A stretch of DNA of 64,000 bases from Cetorhinus maximus (GCF_964194155.1 NC_135888.1:108748001-108812000); one strand, 5' to 3'; positions 1-13,519 are shown, counted from the stretch's first letter. The notes: generated from the sequence alone by a model not told the origin. Program-made: numbers and translations.

Positions 1-218
1 CACACAAATCCATCACACATCCACAGGGATGGTGGCTGTTTTAAGGGACAATGCCACTAACTCTCACACATGCCATCAATCTCCATCAGGCTCAAATCCT
101 CTGGAGCTCGCGTCCTATCTTGCCTATGGCTCCACTCACCACACAAACATTCCATGCAGTGCCATGTGTCCTGCTCACTCTCTCTCCATTTGTTTCCATG
201 CAGGAGAAGCATGCTCAC

Positions 219-425
219 GGTCTGGAATGCGCTGCCTGGGAGGGTAGTGGAGGCGGGTTGCCTCACATCCTTTAAAAAGTACCTGGCACGTCATAACATT
301 CAAAGCTATGGGCCAAGTGCTGGTAAATGGGATTAGGTAGGTAGGTCAGGTGTTTCTCATGTGTCGGTGCAGGCTTGATGGGCCGAAGGGCCTCTTCTGC
401 ACTGTGTGATCCTGTGATTCAGTGA
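219..425 (+). mobile_element. CR1 LINE 3' end inserted into the Harbinger ORF2 exon
   Basis: WNALPGRVVEAG...FKKYL C-terminal motif followed by the tail ggccgaagggcctcttctgcactgtgtgatcctgtgattc. Confidence 0.75.
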
Positions 426-1149
426 TCAGCAGGGAGAGGTCCCAGACCGGGGGCAGAGTGGCCCACATTAGGTCCCTTACTCACTTTGAGGAGCGTGCCA
501 TCGTGCTGACTGGTGAGGACGTGGGCCATTCCTGCAGCGATGGTGAGGTCGGTGGCGAACACCCACGTGAGGACCCTACGCCACAACATCCCTCTCTCAA
601 CACAAATATGAATGCTCTCTCTCCTGCTTTTGGCTTTGCTGCCATGCACTACTTATTTCTACTTTGGCTCACAGGGAGCTCTGCCAAGCGACCAACACCC
701 TCAGCCAGCCAGTCCCTCAGCTCCATCCATGTCCTCATCTTCAGCCAAGGGGACACCTCGTCCATTGAAGAGCGAGAAATAAGCAGCCTGGAAGACCTGT
801 CACAGCACTTACCCACACCCTCCACCAGCACAGAGACACACACCTCGGTGGGACCTAGATCTAGAGCAGGCTCGGATTCACAACCTGGTGGTCACTTCAT
901 GGACATTTCTACACAGCAGGAGGCAGGTTCAGCCGATCTCCCCCGTACTTGAAGAACTGCTGGGGAAGAGGCATCTGTGGGGCCTGAGTCAGATGACGAA
1001 CCTCTGGGTTTGGTCTTCCAACTCATCCTGGAGAGTCATCAGAGGGCGGGTGAACATCTTGCAAGGCTGTTGGAAGTCCTCAACAGAATGGCTCATGAGT
1101 CATAGGAGTGCGTCCGCCTGCTCTCTGATGAAGTGGTGCCCACATGTGG

Positions 1150-2510
1150 ACCCTCGTGCAAGCACTCTCCCACGCACAGGGATCCTTCCCGTGTCACACT
1201 CACCTCAATGTCCTGAGCATTTTGAATGCTGTCTGCTGGGGTTCCTTTTCAGTTGCCCATCTGAGCTGACCTGCATCTCCGCCCATCCACTGATCACACT
1301 CCCATGCAGCACCTAACCTCACCCACCACGACTGTTGCTTCACTTTTGATTTGGACAGCGTGGTCTGGATTTGCTTTTTTGTCAGCTCCCATGTCCTTTA
1401 CCCTCCCCCAGTCACCCATTTCCTTTTCCCATCACAATTAAATCCCCTGGCATCACCTTTCACCTTCCATTCATGACCTACCAGCCCCAACCCTTTTGCT
1501 TCGGGGATGTCCTGGTCAATATGTTCCCTTCCTTCCCGAAAATCCCACCCACATCCACGTTCACCTCCCCGACCTCCTCCTTCCCACAACCAGGGTCCAC
1601 CTCTGCCTCTGAGTCCCTACCAACCACCCTCGCCATTCCTTCTACCACTACCGTCAAACCCTCATTCTCCCACCCTACCGCCTCACTCTGCCCTCGGTCA
1701 TTCTCACCATTCCCTCATACCACGCCCAACCACAGTTGTCTCCCCAGGAGGCAGTCATGGACTCTCCCTTGCACATTCACCTGGACATCCCCCCCTCCGG
1801 ACCCTTTCCCCTCCTGGAACACCTTCCTGACCACTTAGTCCTCCCAATCCCCCGGATTCTTCCCCTGCTTAGTCCCTCCCCCTTCCTGACTCCCTCAGAG
1901 ACACTTACTTCTTCACCACCCTTGGTCCTTCCACCCCCCTTGACTCCTTCCTCCAGCCCTACCTCTTCCTCCAGCTTTACTCCTTCCTCCTCCCTGACTC
2001 CCTCAGACACCCTCGCTTCTTCCTCCAGTTTTACTCCTTCTCCCTTCCTGGCTCCTTCCTCCATCCTTACTTCTTCCTCCTCCCTTACTCTCTCCCCTCT
2101 CTGCACTCCTTCCTCCCCAGGACTCCCTTCAGTTTCCGCTCTCCTTCCTTCCCCTAGACTCTCTCCCTTCTCTGCACTCCTTCTTCCCCCTGGAATCCCT
2201 CCCCTCTCTGCACTCCTTCTTCCCCCTGGATTCCTTCCCCTCTCTGCACTCCTTCCTGCCTCCGAACTCCTTCCCTTTAACCATCGACCCCCCTTACATC
2301 TACCTCCCCAATTGCCATCTTCTCCCCCGTTACCCCTCCTCCCCATATTCCCTCCCTCTTTCCCAACCTCACCGCCGACACCTTCATTTCCCCCTCCCAG
2401 TCCCACCCCACCAACACCTTCATTGCCCCCTCCAACCTCACCCCTCTGACACATCTTCATCTCCCAGTCGATCCTGGACCTTCCCCTTCCAGCCCCTTTG
2501 ACCATTATCC
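1150..2510. repeat. C/T-rich low-complexity tract with diverged 18-bp and 33-bp tandem units
   Basis: Six-residue periodicity on the minus strand (VREEEE VRMEEG ARKGEG VKLEEE ARVSEG VREEEG) and repeated ctctgcactccttcttccccctgga units at about 2165-2250. Confidence 0.7.
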
Positions 2511-3204
2511 ATTGTGAGCATCAACAGTGACTTTCTAACTTCTGTGAGCTGCTTCACAGCAGAGCCATGTCCAAGAGAATCCACCCAGCATGCCATGGCC
2601 GCTCCTCCAGTGTGCCATTGCTGTCAGGCTCCAGCATTTTCTGCTCCTCGGATGTCCGCGATGTGAGCAACGTCCTGGCGGTAAGACCTGGCTTCTGCAT
2701 GTCACAGTTGTCAAGACATGTTCTGTACCGATGTGTTTTCCCACCGACGTGGGTGGATGATCCAGCGGGGGGGGTGATGAGTCCAGAGGACTGGCCTCAT
2801 AGTGAAATGCTGATGTTGCCGATATATTACAACGAGGTTCCCGACATCTGATGGCAGGGAACGCGTCCCACCATCGACAAGCTGAGCGGACGATTGCAAA
2901 CTGGTTTCATGACATTGCAAAACTGATTTTTGGCCTTCTCGCCGTGTTGTCTACTCACGCCACCGAACATGCCCGACGCCAGCGGGCACGGACAATTCCG
3001 CCCACTATGTACAACTTAGCAATAGCAATTATTTTAAACTCATTGAAAAAAACATTAAACTTCCAGCAATTAAGAAAACCTTGAATTCAAACTTACTATC
3101 ATTAATACAGGGCCAAAAAAAACCCAAGGGAAAAAACCATTTAAATGCCTATTAGATTTGTAAACAAACAAGAAACTGCATCACAGACATGTTCTGGCAT
3201 TATA

Positions 3205-6200
3205 TTCCAACACAGCAGCTGCTGGAATTTAAATTCAATTAATAAATCTGGAATTAAAAGTTAGTCTCAGTAATAGTGACCATGAAACCATTGTCGTTAA
3301 AAACCCATCTTGCTCACGAATGTTCTTTAGGGAAGGAAATCTGCCATCCTCAGTGGTCTGGCCCACATGTAACTCCAGACCCACAGCAATGTGGTTGACT
3401 CTTAACTACCCTCTGAAATGGCCTAGCAAGCCACTAAGTAGTACCAAACGGTTACAAGGTCGAAAAGGGATGAAACCAGGCAGACCACCTGATATCGACA
3501 TTGTCATTGGAAACAACAACGGCACACCCAGCCGTGTCAACCCTACAAAGTCCTCCATTCTAACATCTGGGGGCTTGTGTCAAAATTGGGAGACCTGTCC
3601 CACAGGCTAGCCAAGCACTCACGGAATCATACCTTACAGACAGTGTCCCAGACACCAATGTCCCTGGGTGTGTCTTGTCCCACCGACAGGACAGATCCAC
3701 CAGAGTGGCAGAATACTGGTATACAGTCAGGAGAGAATTCCTCTGGGAGTCCTCAACATTGAACCTGAACCCCATGAAGGATCATGGCATCAGGTCAGAC
3801 ATGGACAAGGAAACCTCCTGTTGGTTACCACCTATCACCCACCCTCAGCTGATGAATCAGTACTCCTCCATGTTGAATACCAATTGGAAGAAGCACTGAG
3901 GGTGGCTAGGGCAGAGGGTACTCTGGGTGGAGGATTTCAATGTCCATCACGAAGAGTGGACCGATAGTACCACTACTGACCGAGCAGGCCAAGTCCTAAA
4001 GAACATAGCTGCTCGACTGGGTCTACAACAGGTGGTGACGGAACCAATAAGGGGGAAATACCTACTTGACCTTGCCCTCATCAATCTACTCTACCTGTCG
4101 CAGATGCATATGTCCATGACAATATTGGTTGGAGTGATCACTGCACAGTCATTGCAGAGATGAAGGCCTGTCTCCACTTTGAGGATACCCTCCATCGTGT
4201 TGTGTGGCATCACCACCGTGCTAAATGGGATAGGTTTCGAACAGATCTAGCAAAACTGGGTGTCAATGAGGTGTTGGGGCCATCAGCAACAGCAGAATTA
4301 CACACAACCACAATCTGTAACTGCACAGCCGGCATATCCCCCGCTCTACAATACCATCAAGCTGAGGGATCAACCCTGGTTCAATGAAGAGTGCAAAGGA
4401 GGGCATGCCAGGAGAAGCACCAGGCATAACTAAAAATGACATGTCAATTTGGTGAAGCTACAACACAGGACTATTTGCATGACAAATAGCAATAGATAGA
4501 CGGAGGGATTCTACAACCAATGGATCAGATCTAAGCTCTGCAGTCATGCCACACCCAGTTGTGAATGGTGGTGGACAATTAAACAGCTCACTGGAGGAGG
4601 AGGCTCCACAAATATCCCCATCCTCAATGATGGTGGAGCCCAGCACATCAGTGCAAAAAACAAGGCTGAAACATTAGCAACCATCTTCAGCCAGAAGTGT
4701 CAACTGGATGATCTATCTCAACCTCCTCCTGAGGTCCTCAGCATCACAGATGCCAGTCTTCAGCCAATTTGATTCACTCAACCATATCAAAAAATGTCTG
4801 AAGACACTGGATACTGCAAAGGACATGGGCCCTGATAACATTCTGAGAATAGTAATGCAGACTTGTGTTCGAGAATTAGCTGCACCCCTAGTCAAGCTGT
4901 TCCAGTACAGGTACAAACTGGCATCTACCCAATAATATGGAAAATTGCCCATGTATGTCCTGTCCACAAAAAGCAGAACAAATCCAACCCGACCAATTAC
5001 CGCCCCATCAGTCTACCCTCAATCATCAGTGAAGTGATGGAAGGTGCCGTCGTCAGTGCTATCCAGTGGCATTTACTCAGCAATAACCTGCTCATTCTCA
5101 GAGTGGGTTCCGCCGGTGCTACTCAACTCCTGACCTTATTACAGCTTAGGTCCAAACATGGACAAAAGATCTGAACTCCAGAGGTGAGGTGAGAGTGACT
5201 GCCCTTGACATCAAGGCCGGATTTGACCAAATGTGGCATCAAAGAGCTCTAGCAAAACCGGAGTCAATGGAAATCAGGGGGAAAACTCTCTGCTCGCTGG
5301 AGTCATACCTGGCACAAAGGAAGATGGTTGTGGTTGTTGGAAGTCAATCACCTCAGTCCAGGACATCATTGCAGGAGGTCCTCAGGGTAGTGTCCTTGGC
5401 CCAACCATCTTCTGCTGCTTCATCTATGACCTTCCTTCCATCATAAGGTCAGAAATGGGAATGTTCACTGATGATTGCACAACAGTCAGCACCATTTGCA
5501 ACTTCTCAGATACTGAAGCAGTGCATGAACAAAGGCAGCAAAACCTGGACAAAATCTAGGTTTGGGCTGACAAGTGGCAAGTAACATTTGTACCACACAA
5601 GTGCCAGGCAATGACCATCTCCAACAAGAGAGAATCCAACCATCTCCCCTTGACACTCAATGGGATTACCATCAATGAATTGCCTACTATCGACATCCTG
5701 GGGCTCGTCATTGACCAGAAGCTCAATTGGACCAGTCATATAAATACTGTGGCTACAAGAGCTGGTCAAAGGCTGGGAATTCTGCAGCGAGTAACTCACC
5801 TCCTGACTCTCCAAATCCTGTGTACCATCTCCAAGGCACAAACAGTGTGATGGAACGCTCTCTATTTTCCTGGATGAGTGCAGATCCAATAACACTCAAG
5901 AAGCTCAATGCCATCCAGGATAAAACAGCCCGCTTGATTGGTACTCCATCCACTACCTTAAACATTTACTCCCTCCACCACAGACGCACAGTGGCAGCAG
6001 TGTGTATCATCTACAAGATGCGCTGCAGGAACTTATCAAGGCGTCTTCAACAGCACTTTCCAAACCTGTGACTTCTACCACGTAGCAGGGAAAGGTCAGC
6101 AAACGCATGGGAACATCACCTGCAAGTTTCCCTCCAAGCCACTCAACATCCTGCGTTTGAAATATATTGCCGTCCCTTCATTGTCACTGGGTCAAAATCC

Positions 6201-6359
6201 TGGAACGCCCTTCCTACCAGCATGGTGGGTGTACCTACACCACATAGGCTGCAGCAGTTCAAGAAGGCAGCTCACCACCCCTTCTCAAGGGCAATTAGGG
6301 ATGGGCAATAAATGCTGGCCTAGCTAGCGATACCCACGTCCCATGTGGGAGTAAAAAAA
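3205..6359 (+). mobile_element. Near full-length decayed non-LTR retrotransposon (APE + RT, CR1/L2 group); head partly truncated
   Basis: Frameshifted APE motifs (GDFNVHH, LLDLAL) and RT motifs (NYRPISL, ALDIKAGFDQMWH, GPQGSVLGP, FTDD). 3' tail gggcaattagggatgggcaataaatgctggcc...aaaaaaa. Confidence 0.9.
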
Positions 6360-6606
6360 CCCATTTCAATTTCTAATTTACCTCTTCCCCTTGGGATGTT
6401 CATTTGGCAATGGATGCAGATTTCCAATCCTTATGATATGGCAGTAAATTACTTGTCTAAATCTTGGTGCCAGATCTAACAGTGGAGTGCATATCCTGGC
6501 TCTTGCAGCCAAGTTGTATCTAGTCCCAGGGATCTGCAGCAGATGTGTCTGTTGATGGAGCACGCATCCTCTGCTCATGGCAGGGCACATTCATGTTCCT
6601 TGAAGT

Positions 6607-6790
6607 GAAAACAGAGAATGGTGGAAATATTTAGCATGTGAGGCAGCTTCTGAGGAGAGAAACAGAGTTAACATTTCATTCAGCCTGAAATGTTAACTCT
6701 GTTCCTCTCTCCAAAGTGCTGCCTTACATGCTGAGTTTTGCGAGCATTTTTTTTGTTTTTGTTTGATATTTCCAGCATTCGCAGTATTCT
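6607..6790. repeat. Fold-back relic of Penelope-like pseudo-LTR ends
   Basis: Imperfect inverted repeat centred on acagagttaacatttca-ttcagcc-tgaaatgttaactctgt. The arms resemble the termini of the Penelope element at 31003-32205. Confidence 0.6.
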
Positions 6791-7949
6791 CCTTATCGAT
6801 TACTGTCATATTCCTTGAGGGCTTGGGACGAAGCACATGTCTGATTACAGTCTCTCTTGTGGATTGTTGTATTGTACAGGCAGTCCTAGTATAAGATTGC
6901 ATTTTTCCGTCTTGTTCAGAATCCAAATGGCTATGAAATCAAGCGAGACGCTGTTGTTATTTTCTAACTTTAAAGAATTTAACTTGACATACAAGGTGAC
7001 AGTTGGTACCAGAAATAATGTATTAAGTTTTCATGCAACCTTTTTCTTTCTAGTAAGTATAACTCAAGTCAAAGAATCGAGGAGAAAATGAAAGCTCTTT
7101 CCAATGGCATCTCACTTTGATGTTGTCTGTAGTTCTCCTGAAAACCCTTGTAGAATGAATTATTTTATATAGTTTCCTTTTCTAGTATTCACTCAATCTG
7201 CCAGGCATCATTATGATACAGGCCAAAATAAAAGAGGTTCATTAACCATGTTAGAAGCGGATGTTAGGTCATCAGTGTATGCAGATGTGGCCTAATGCCT
7301 ACTTATGCTCCTTTTGCAAGTTTGGTTTGTGCTTGTTGCAGCCAGGACCAGTACTGATTGGCTCTGGGAAAACCAATGCATGGAATGAAAAAAAAAGGTT
7401 ATTACTGACCTTAATCACTGCAGGTCCCAAGGTCTCTGATCTTCCCAACTCTGACCTCCAGGCCCTCTCCATATCTACTTCTCTCATAGCCCCAACTCCA
7501 CCTCCTAGCTCCACTTTAACCCCCGATCACACTCCCAGCAGCCCCCCAACCACCCAACAAATGCTGCAACTTCCCCCAGCTTATGCTTTTTCCCGACCTC
7601 CTAACCATCCCCATCTCAATCTAAAGCCCAGCTGCTCCTCCTCCTCCAGACCCCTATGATTTTACCAAATCACTTATCTGAACATTGGTGTATGAATCTA
7701 TGTGGCCTCCTACTGCTGCACCTTCCATATGATAATAAGGTCTGAGACCCGAAATCCCAAGCTCCTCTGGTGCAGGCTGTTAGCACTTTGCAGATGAGCC
7801 ATCCAAACATGGACACTGTTGAATTTCTGGACCCTATTGTATAAGTTTTAAATATCAAATAATCTCTTTAACAGTTTGCCAGGCTTGTTTCCTCATCGGC
7901 TACTTCAGGTATAATCTTATGAACATTCCTACATGAAATGAAACACATA

Positions 7950-8628
7950 GGGGAGAATTTTCTCCCCATCGGAGGGGGGGTTGTGCGGGGGTGGGCAGGG
8001 GCAGGCGCAGACCCGATCAACACCCCCGATCGGGTCCGTGCCGCCATTTTACATGGGCGGGCTAATTAAGGCTCGCCCAGTGTGACCGAAGCGCTGTGCG
8101 CTCCCTGTGCGGGCGGGGGAGTTCCCTGAGTCGGGGCCTGCACTCTTTCGCGCAAAAGAGCGCAGAAATCTCTGTGCCTCAGGGAAATTAGTTTAAGTTT
8201 TAAACATCTAAATAAAGAAAATAAAAAATTTTAAGACATGTCCCCTCATGTGACACTGTGACATGAGCTGGGACATGCCAATGAATTTTTTAAAAAAAAT
8301 TTTATTCAATTTTTAAACACTTCATGAAACCTCATCCCACCCGTCGATGAGGTTCCATGAAAAATGCGAAGGCCGCCTGGGCTCTTCGCCTGCCGCCAAC
8401 CTTAAGGTTGGATGGGCAGCTCAGTTTATTAGTTTAATTAGTTTTTGAATGGCCTTAATAGGCCTTTGACAGTTCAGCGGGCACGCAGCCGAGTTGGCTG
8501 CTCGCCCGCTGAACAGAAAATCTAAATGACGGTTGGTGACTTCGGGATGCCCGCCCGAGTCACCCCGCGTCATTTTACGCCTTGTTGAGCGGGCACTGCT
8601 CTCGCTCGCTGAGCCAAAAATTCTGGCC
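7950..8628 (-). mobile_element. Harbinger-derived MITE, copy 1
   Basis: TIRs GGGGAGAATTTT / AAAATTCTGGCC, ATA TSD on both sides, ends homologous to the Harbinger at 42562-46030, central palindrome at 8237-8277. Strand is given relative to the Harbinger transposase. Confidence 0.85.
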
Positions 8629-10179
8629 ATACATTTCCCTCTCTCTGTAACCTGAACAATGAGCTTCCTGACTTTAGCTAATCTAATGCTATGTTCTTTA
8701 CAAAGAAAGCAAGGGTCTCATTTTATGTAGCTTATTTTAATCTTTAAAACATGTATCAAAAGTTCAAAATTCTTCATTAGTGAAGCACACACCCAACCCT
8801 TAGTGGCATAGGGTAGGTCTTGTTCAAATTTTCATCTCAACTCAAATTCGCTTTAGTGTTCAAGTTAACCTGTAACAGTTTGGTTTGCTGATGTATGCCT
8901 TAAAATTTTGATGGGGTTGAGGAATTGTATATTTTAATTTTAATTGTTTTAATTAAGATAACTGATTAATTATATTTTCCTTGTTTGCTAAATGAACTCA
9001 TATCCTTTCCACAAGGTGCTTTTGAAACTCATAAATAGTAAAAACAGTTAGTGCATAGTCTCTAGCTGATTATACTTTCCATTAATGCATTTTTCAATCC
9101 TTGTGGGTCTAGGAATTCATTCAGTTTTAATAATATGGAGGAAAATGTTGATGCTAGGCCTGTTTAATTAGTCAGTTACATTTGAATTCATGTTCATTAC
9201 AGAGAATACGCTGAGACCTAATGATCCTGCACTCGGGTCTGCGTTCTACGAGTAAGGTCTTTTTACACTGGGGATTTGTCTCAGCTTTTATACCAACTCT
9301 GGCTGCCAGTTCTGGCTGACGATTTGGCAGATGCAAAAATTGTTAATAACCTTGAGAAAGAGAACACAAGAAAAAAAATCCCTGGGAATATAAATGCCTC
9401 AACCCAGACATAGATATCAATTATTAAAGTGAATGAAATTTTACCATTATTCCTCCCAGGACTTGTACCTTTTACACTACCTGCTGCCACACAGACCTTG
9501 AAGTTCATTGTTCATGGAATAAAACTTGGGGGTCAATTTTAATCTTACACACTCTAAGGAATGTTCGAAACTCTCACCTTTGATCTTGGTGCAGGATGCC
9601 CAAATTCACAGATTTTCAGCCCTTGTGTTATGCTCCAAATGATACTTTTGTGCTGATTTTTGACGTACCCCTCTGGCTGACAGCTGAGTGCCTGCAAAAA
9701 ATTGGCCCAGAGTATTGTTAGGTTATTGAGCCGTCATAGCTGTTTCTGGTTGGATGTCTCAATATCCAGTTGGGATCATTAGATAACAATGAGAAGCTAT
9801 AACTTTTGGTTAATTTTCCCCTCCCTAACATGAAGCACTGAGGCCAGTTGTATGACTACCTAACCCCACCCTGGCTGAGGTCAGCTAACTCAGGCCTGTT
9901 CTGTTCTATTTACTTTAGCTGCACAACTGCCTTACCAGGTGAATATTAAGAGTTAATTCCTGCTGGTTCCACTAATGACAGCAATGCCAAATGTAAAGGT
10001 TGCCTGCAGCTAGCCAAGTTGCTATTTAGAGCACACTAGAGTGAATTTACCAAGGCACTGAAAATAGTAAACCTAGTTAGGTGGGATACAGGTTGGGGAA
10101 AGAGCTGTAGTACTGGTGAAGCTCAGTACACTTCTGAACCTTATCTATATTCTAAGGAGGGTGTGGGCTTGGTGAACTG

Positions 10180-11750
10180 GAATTTGTTTTGTTGCCTACT
10201 TTATGTTTTTGTTGATGAACATTTAACTTGAATCCACTTATAACTGGATGGAGACTGCCTAAAATAATTTTACTTAGGATCTGTAAATTTAGCAGAGAGG
10301 AGACTTTGCCTCCACCATTCGATTCAATTTGTGTGTTCAATGTCACTTTACTAACTAGTTGTTTTAAATATGCTTGAAATGATTTCTTTACAATAGACTG
10401 CAACATTTCTGTGACTACTGATGTCAAGCTAACAGATCTAGAATTTTCTGGTTCCAAAATCCGACCATGTGAAATATAGAACAGAAGTAATTTTCTACTC
10501 CTCTAGATCTGTCTTTTCTAATTAATGAACTGGTAAAACCATTAAACCACAAGCCCTCTACCTTTTGTTTCCTGAAATACTGTACTTGAGGAGGTCTTGA
10601 TTCCTATGAATATTCTAGCACTCCAGATATAATGCCCATTTTATTATTCTTTACTCTCCATAAACTCTGATATATATTCAATCTCTCCAACTAACAAAAG
10701 CAAGAACTTATTTTTCTATTGTTAAAAACTACTGTAATTCAAAATAATATTCTCAGCCATTTTTAACCTCAATTATTATTTCACAAATGCCACATTTTTT
10801 GAAGTCTTCATCATCTTTCCTAAAATGCCCATAGATAATTTTAATAATTCATAATTTTTTTCAAGTTTATGCATTTCCAAACATCTCTCCTTCCTTTTTT
10901 TTGTATATCTGTTATAGCATTGATATTTTTGTAACATTTGAATTCAACTTTCTTTAAGCAATTAGATCTACATTTTGATAATTTACCAACCGCATCTACT
11001 TGGTAAATTTAATTTAAATTCTCAGCGGTACATGCATAAAACATGCCATTCATTTGGTGTTTTTATGTTGGCATTGTTATCCAAATTGACTGTTTCATTT
11101 CAACTCTCATGGCTTTCAAAGTCAGTTTTCTTATAATCTACTTGAATTGTTTGAAATACAGAGAAAACAGTTTTTGAATTCTACCTGGGCACCCAAAGGC
11201 AATTGGGTGAGAATATCAATCTAACATTACAATGTACACTGTTCAATCTACCTCCATACCAGAGATTTCTAATAAATAGTCCTTCAATCTCATCATCATA
11301 GACTGTTGAGAAATTTTGTCATCCTTTTATTAAGAAGACCTAATGCATTGTTGAATGTTCTTAAAAAGCCAGTGATATTAAGCATCAGTCCTTTTTTCAG
11401 GTAAATCATTACTTTACATGAGAAAGCACAGGACAAGAAAATACATTTCAACCTACAAGCCATGAAAATTTGCCCTTTTATAGATTCTATCCTACTTAAC
11501 CTCTTGTGGTAAAATTCAGCTTAAGCACACCATGTTTTTCCAAAGATAATTGAGCAAATTTCTAGAATATTTATCCTCCCTCATATCTCATTCAGTAATT
11601 GTCACCTGGTGCCCTCAATATTCAACTACTCCAGTCCATTCCCCAACCCCACTCATGAACCATTATGTTCCATTGAGTGTTTGATCATTTCAGTCAACAC
11701 TTATTTCCAAAATATGTAAGCCCATTCTCAACCAGATATTAGTTTAGCTC
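10180..11750 (-). mobile_element. Highly decayed CR1 LINE fragment
   Basis: PENSRSVSLTSVVTEMLQSIVK resembles the CR1 RT motif PGNYRPVSLTSVVGKMLESI. Extent is approximate. Confidence 0.5.
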
Positions 11751-12644
11751 ATTTTAAGAGGGATGCATCATTAACTGCTTTTGATGGCAATCTCTCCTAT
11801 TTATTCATTGCCCTGTGGTGTGGAAATTCTTCTAATTAGCCTCATTTCAGGCTTGTTAACTTTAGCTGATATTTTCTAGTTAAGTACTGAAATCTACCTT
11901 ATATTTACATCATCCCTACCTCTCAGTATTTTAAATATGTGAATCATGTCCCTCCCCTCCCCTCCCCTCCCCTCCACTGCCCAACCCCTTCAATTTTATA
12001 ATCTGTAATGAAAACAAATTGAATTTTCTGAATTTGCACTTGAAATTTGAAAACTAGTCCTGGCATTATCCTTGCCCTTTGCCTTTTAACCTGTTTCCAG
12101 TATATCAATGTTCCTTTGAAGACAGCATGCCCAATTAATATTCCAAATGGAGCTTCACCAGTGAATAACAACATGCCTTGTTATCAAATGCCTCAAGACG
12201 CACCCTTATGTATGATAAACTTTGTTGATTATAGTTTTCAATTCTATTCATATGCTTTCTCTGCAACATAGTAAGGAAATCAACAATTCCTTGAGTAGTT
12301 GATGAGAACTCCAATGATTGTATATTAGGGAACAATGAGTCTGAAGCTGGTCTTTCACCTCAAGCAAGTTTATTCTTCAGTCAGCTCAACAAAGTGACAG
12401 ACTCCCAATTCCTTTCATTCCTGGAGTGTTACAGCTTTACTCATTTATGGATGAGCCAATGCCCATCACCTGTTTCAACAATGCAGTTGTCTTAACAATG
12501 TAATTGCCAGTTAACAAGATGATTGTTATTGTGCCTTGACAATGTAATTGCTGATACATTGAGAGTTGAAGCTATAGTTAGATTATGGTCACATCACTAA
12601 CTTTTTCTGGTTCTGATGAATAGGATCTGAAACATTAACTCTGG

Positions 12645-13243
12645 CATTAATTTAATGCCCTCCCCATGGTGAGTTTGGTGGCGGGGGGGCATATCGTCAG
12701 GTGGAAGGGTGGCAGGTGTAGACCATGCCACCTTCTCGCCTCCACTCTGACTTAGCCCACGGCAGGAAGGCCTGTGGACGTTTTTCCCACCCCAATGCCA
12801 ACTGAGGCCCTTAAGTGGGCATTTAACTCCCACTTAAGGGCCTTGTTCTGCCTCATCCAGCTGCTGGTATTAACTGGTAAATCCGGCACTCAATGCTTGA
12901 TCGAGGGACTCAGCATCAGAAAGGTGGGGGGCTGCTGAGAGACACCCATGTCCTTGCTGCTGAACCCCCAGCTCACAACTCCACCCAGCAAACTCTCCTC
13001 TCACAATCACTTACCTGTAGCTCGGGATCCAATGACCTTGGGAGGCAGCAGCCACTGTTTCCCAGGTGGCACTGCCACTCAGAGCTGGTAGCCTCTGATT
13101 GGCTGGCAACTCTAGTAGGACGAGACGTCTGCCCCCAAGCACTTAGTATGGTGGGCCTTCCTTAAAAGAGGTGACATTGGACTCTTGCCAGCTCTCCAGC
13201 CAGTTGGAAAGACCCCCATCGCCTTCATGAACCACCACCCCCA
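12645..13243. mobile_element. Degenerate GC-rich non-autonomous DNA element (family B)
   Basis: Shares cacttacctg...gggatcc...ctgattggctggcaactct blocks with 25891-26590, 39278-39990 and 62149-63500. Confidence 0.5.
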
Positions 13244-13519
13244 GTCTCTATCCAAAGATGCTTGCTGACCAGAAGTTTATTTTCCCTGTTGGCAGTAAAA
13301 GTCTTAATTAAAATTATCTTAGAATGGTCTCAACTTAGTTACTTATAGGTGGGGGCTCACAGCACAAAATTTCCACTTGTCTGGTAATGGATCAATGATC
13401 TTGCTCTAAGGTCACAAAGATAGCGAGTGCATGAAATAAAAATGTCACATAGATATTGCGGAGCTGCCTTTTGGAGTTTCGGATTATTTGCTTTGGTGGA
13501 GAAATTTCCACCAAATGAA

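Larger units (their letters stand above)
1..3003 (+). mobile_element. Decayed Harbinger (PIF/Harbinger) transposon relic with Myb/SANT-like ORF2 exons, an inserted CR1 tail and a CT-rich insert
   Basis: Acceptor CAG at 201-203, then EKHAH...SRERSQTGGRVAHIRSLTHFEERAI, donor near 567, acceptor at 671-674, then PTPSTSTETHTSVG. These motifs and the exon layout match ORF2 of the Harbinger at 42562-46030. Ends in TIR-like aattccgccc at 3003. Confidence 0.6.

Noticed and set aside
1736-2505. 237-aa and 242-aa ORFs as host genes
   Set aside because: Low-complexity C/T-rich sequence lacks stop codons by composition, and there is no domain or splice evidence.
6920-6953. Possible short upstream FSTL4 exon (good acceptor, NPNGYEIKRDA)
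   Set aside because: No GT donor in the phase-1 position needed to join 14080, and the frame reaches TAA soon after. The resemblance to the human short exon is from memory and weak.
9203-9251. AG...GTAAGG-bounded 49-nt candidate exon
   Set aside because: The frame compatible with the downstream phase-1 exon contains TGA, and there is no recognisable homology.
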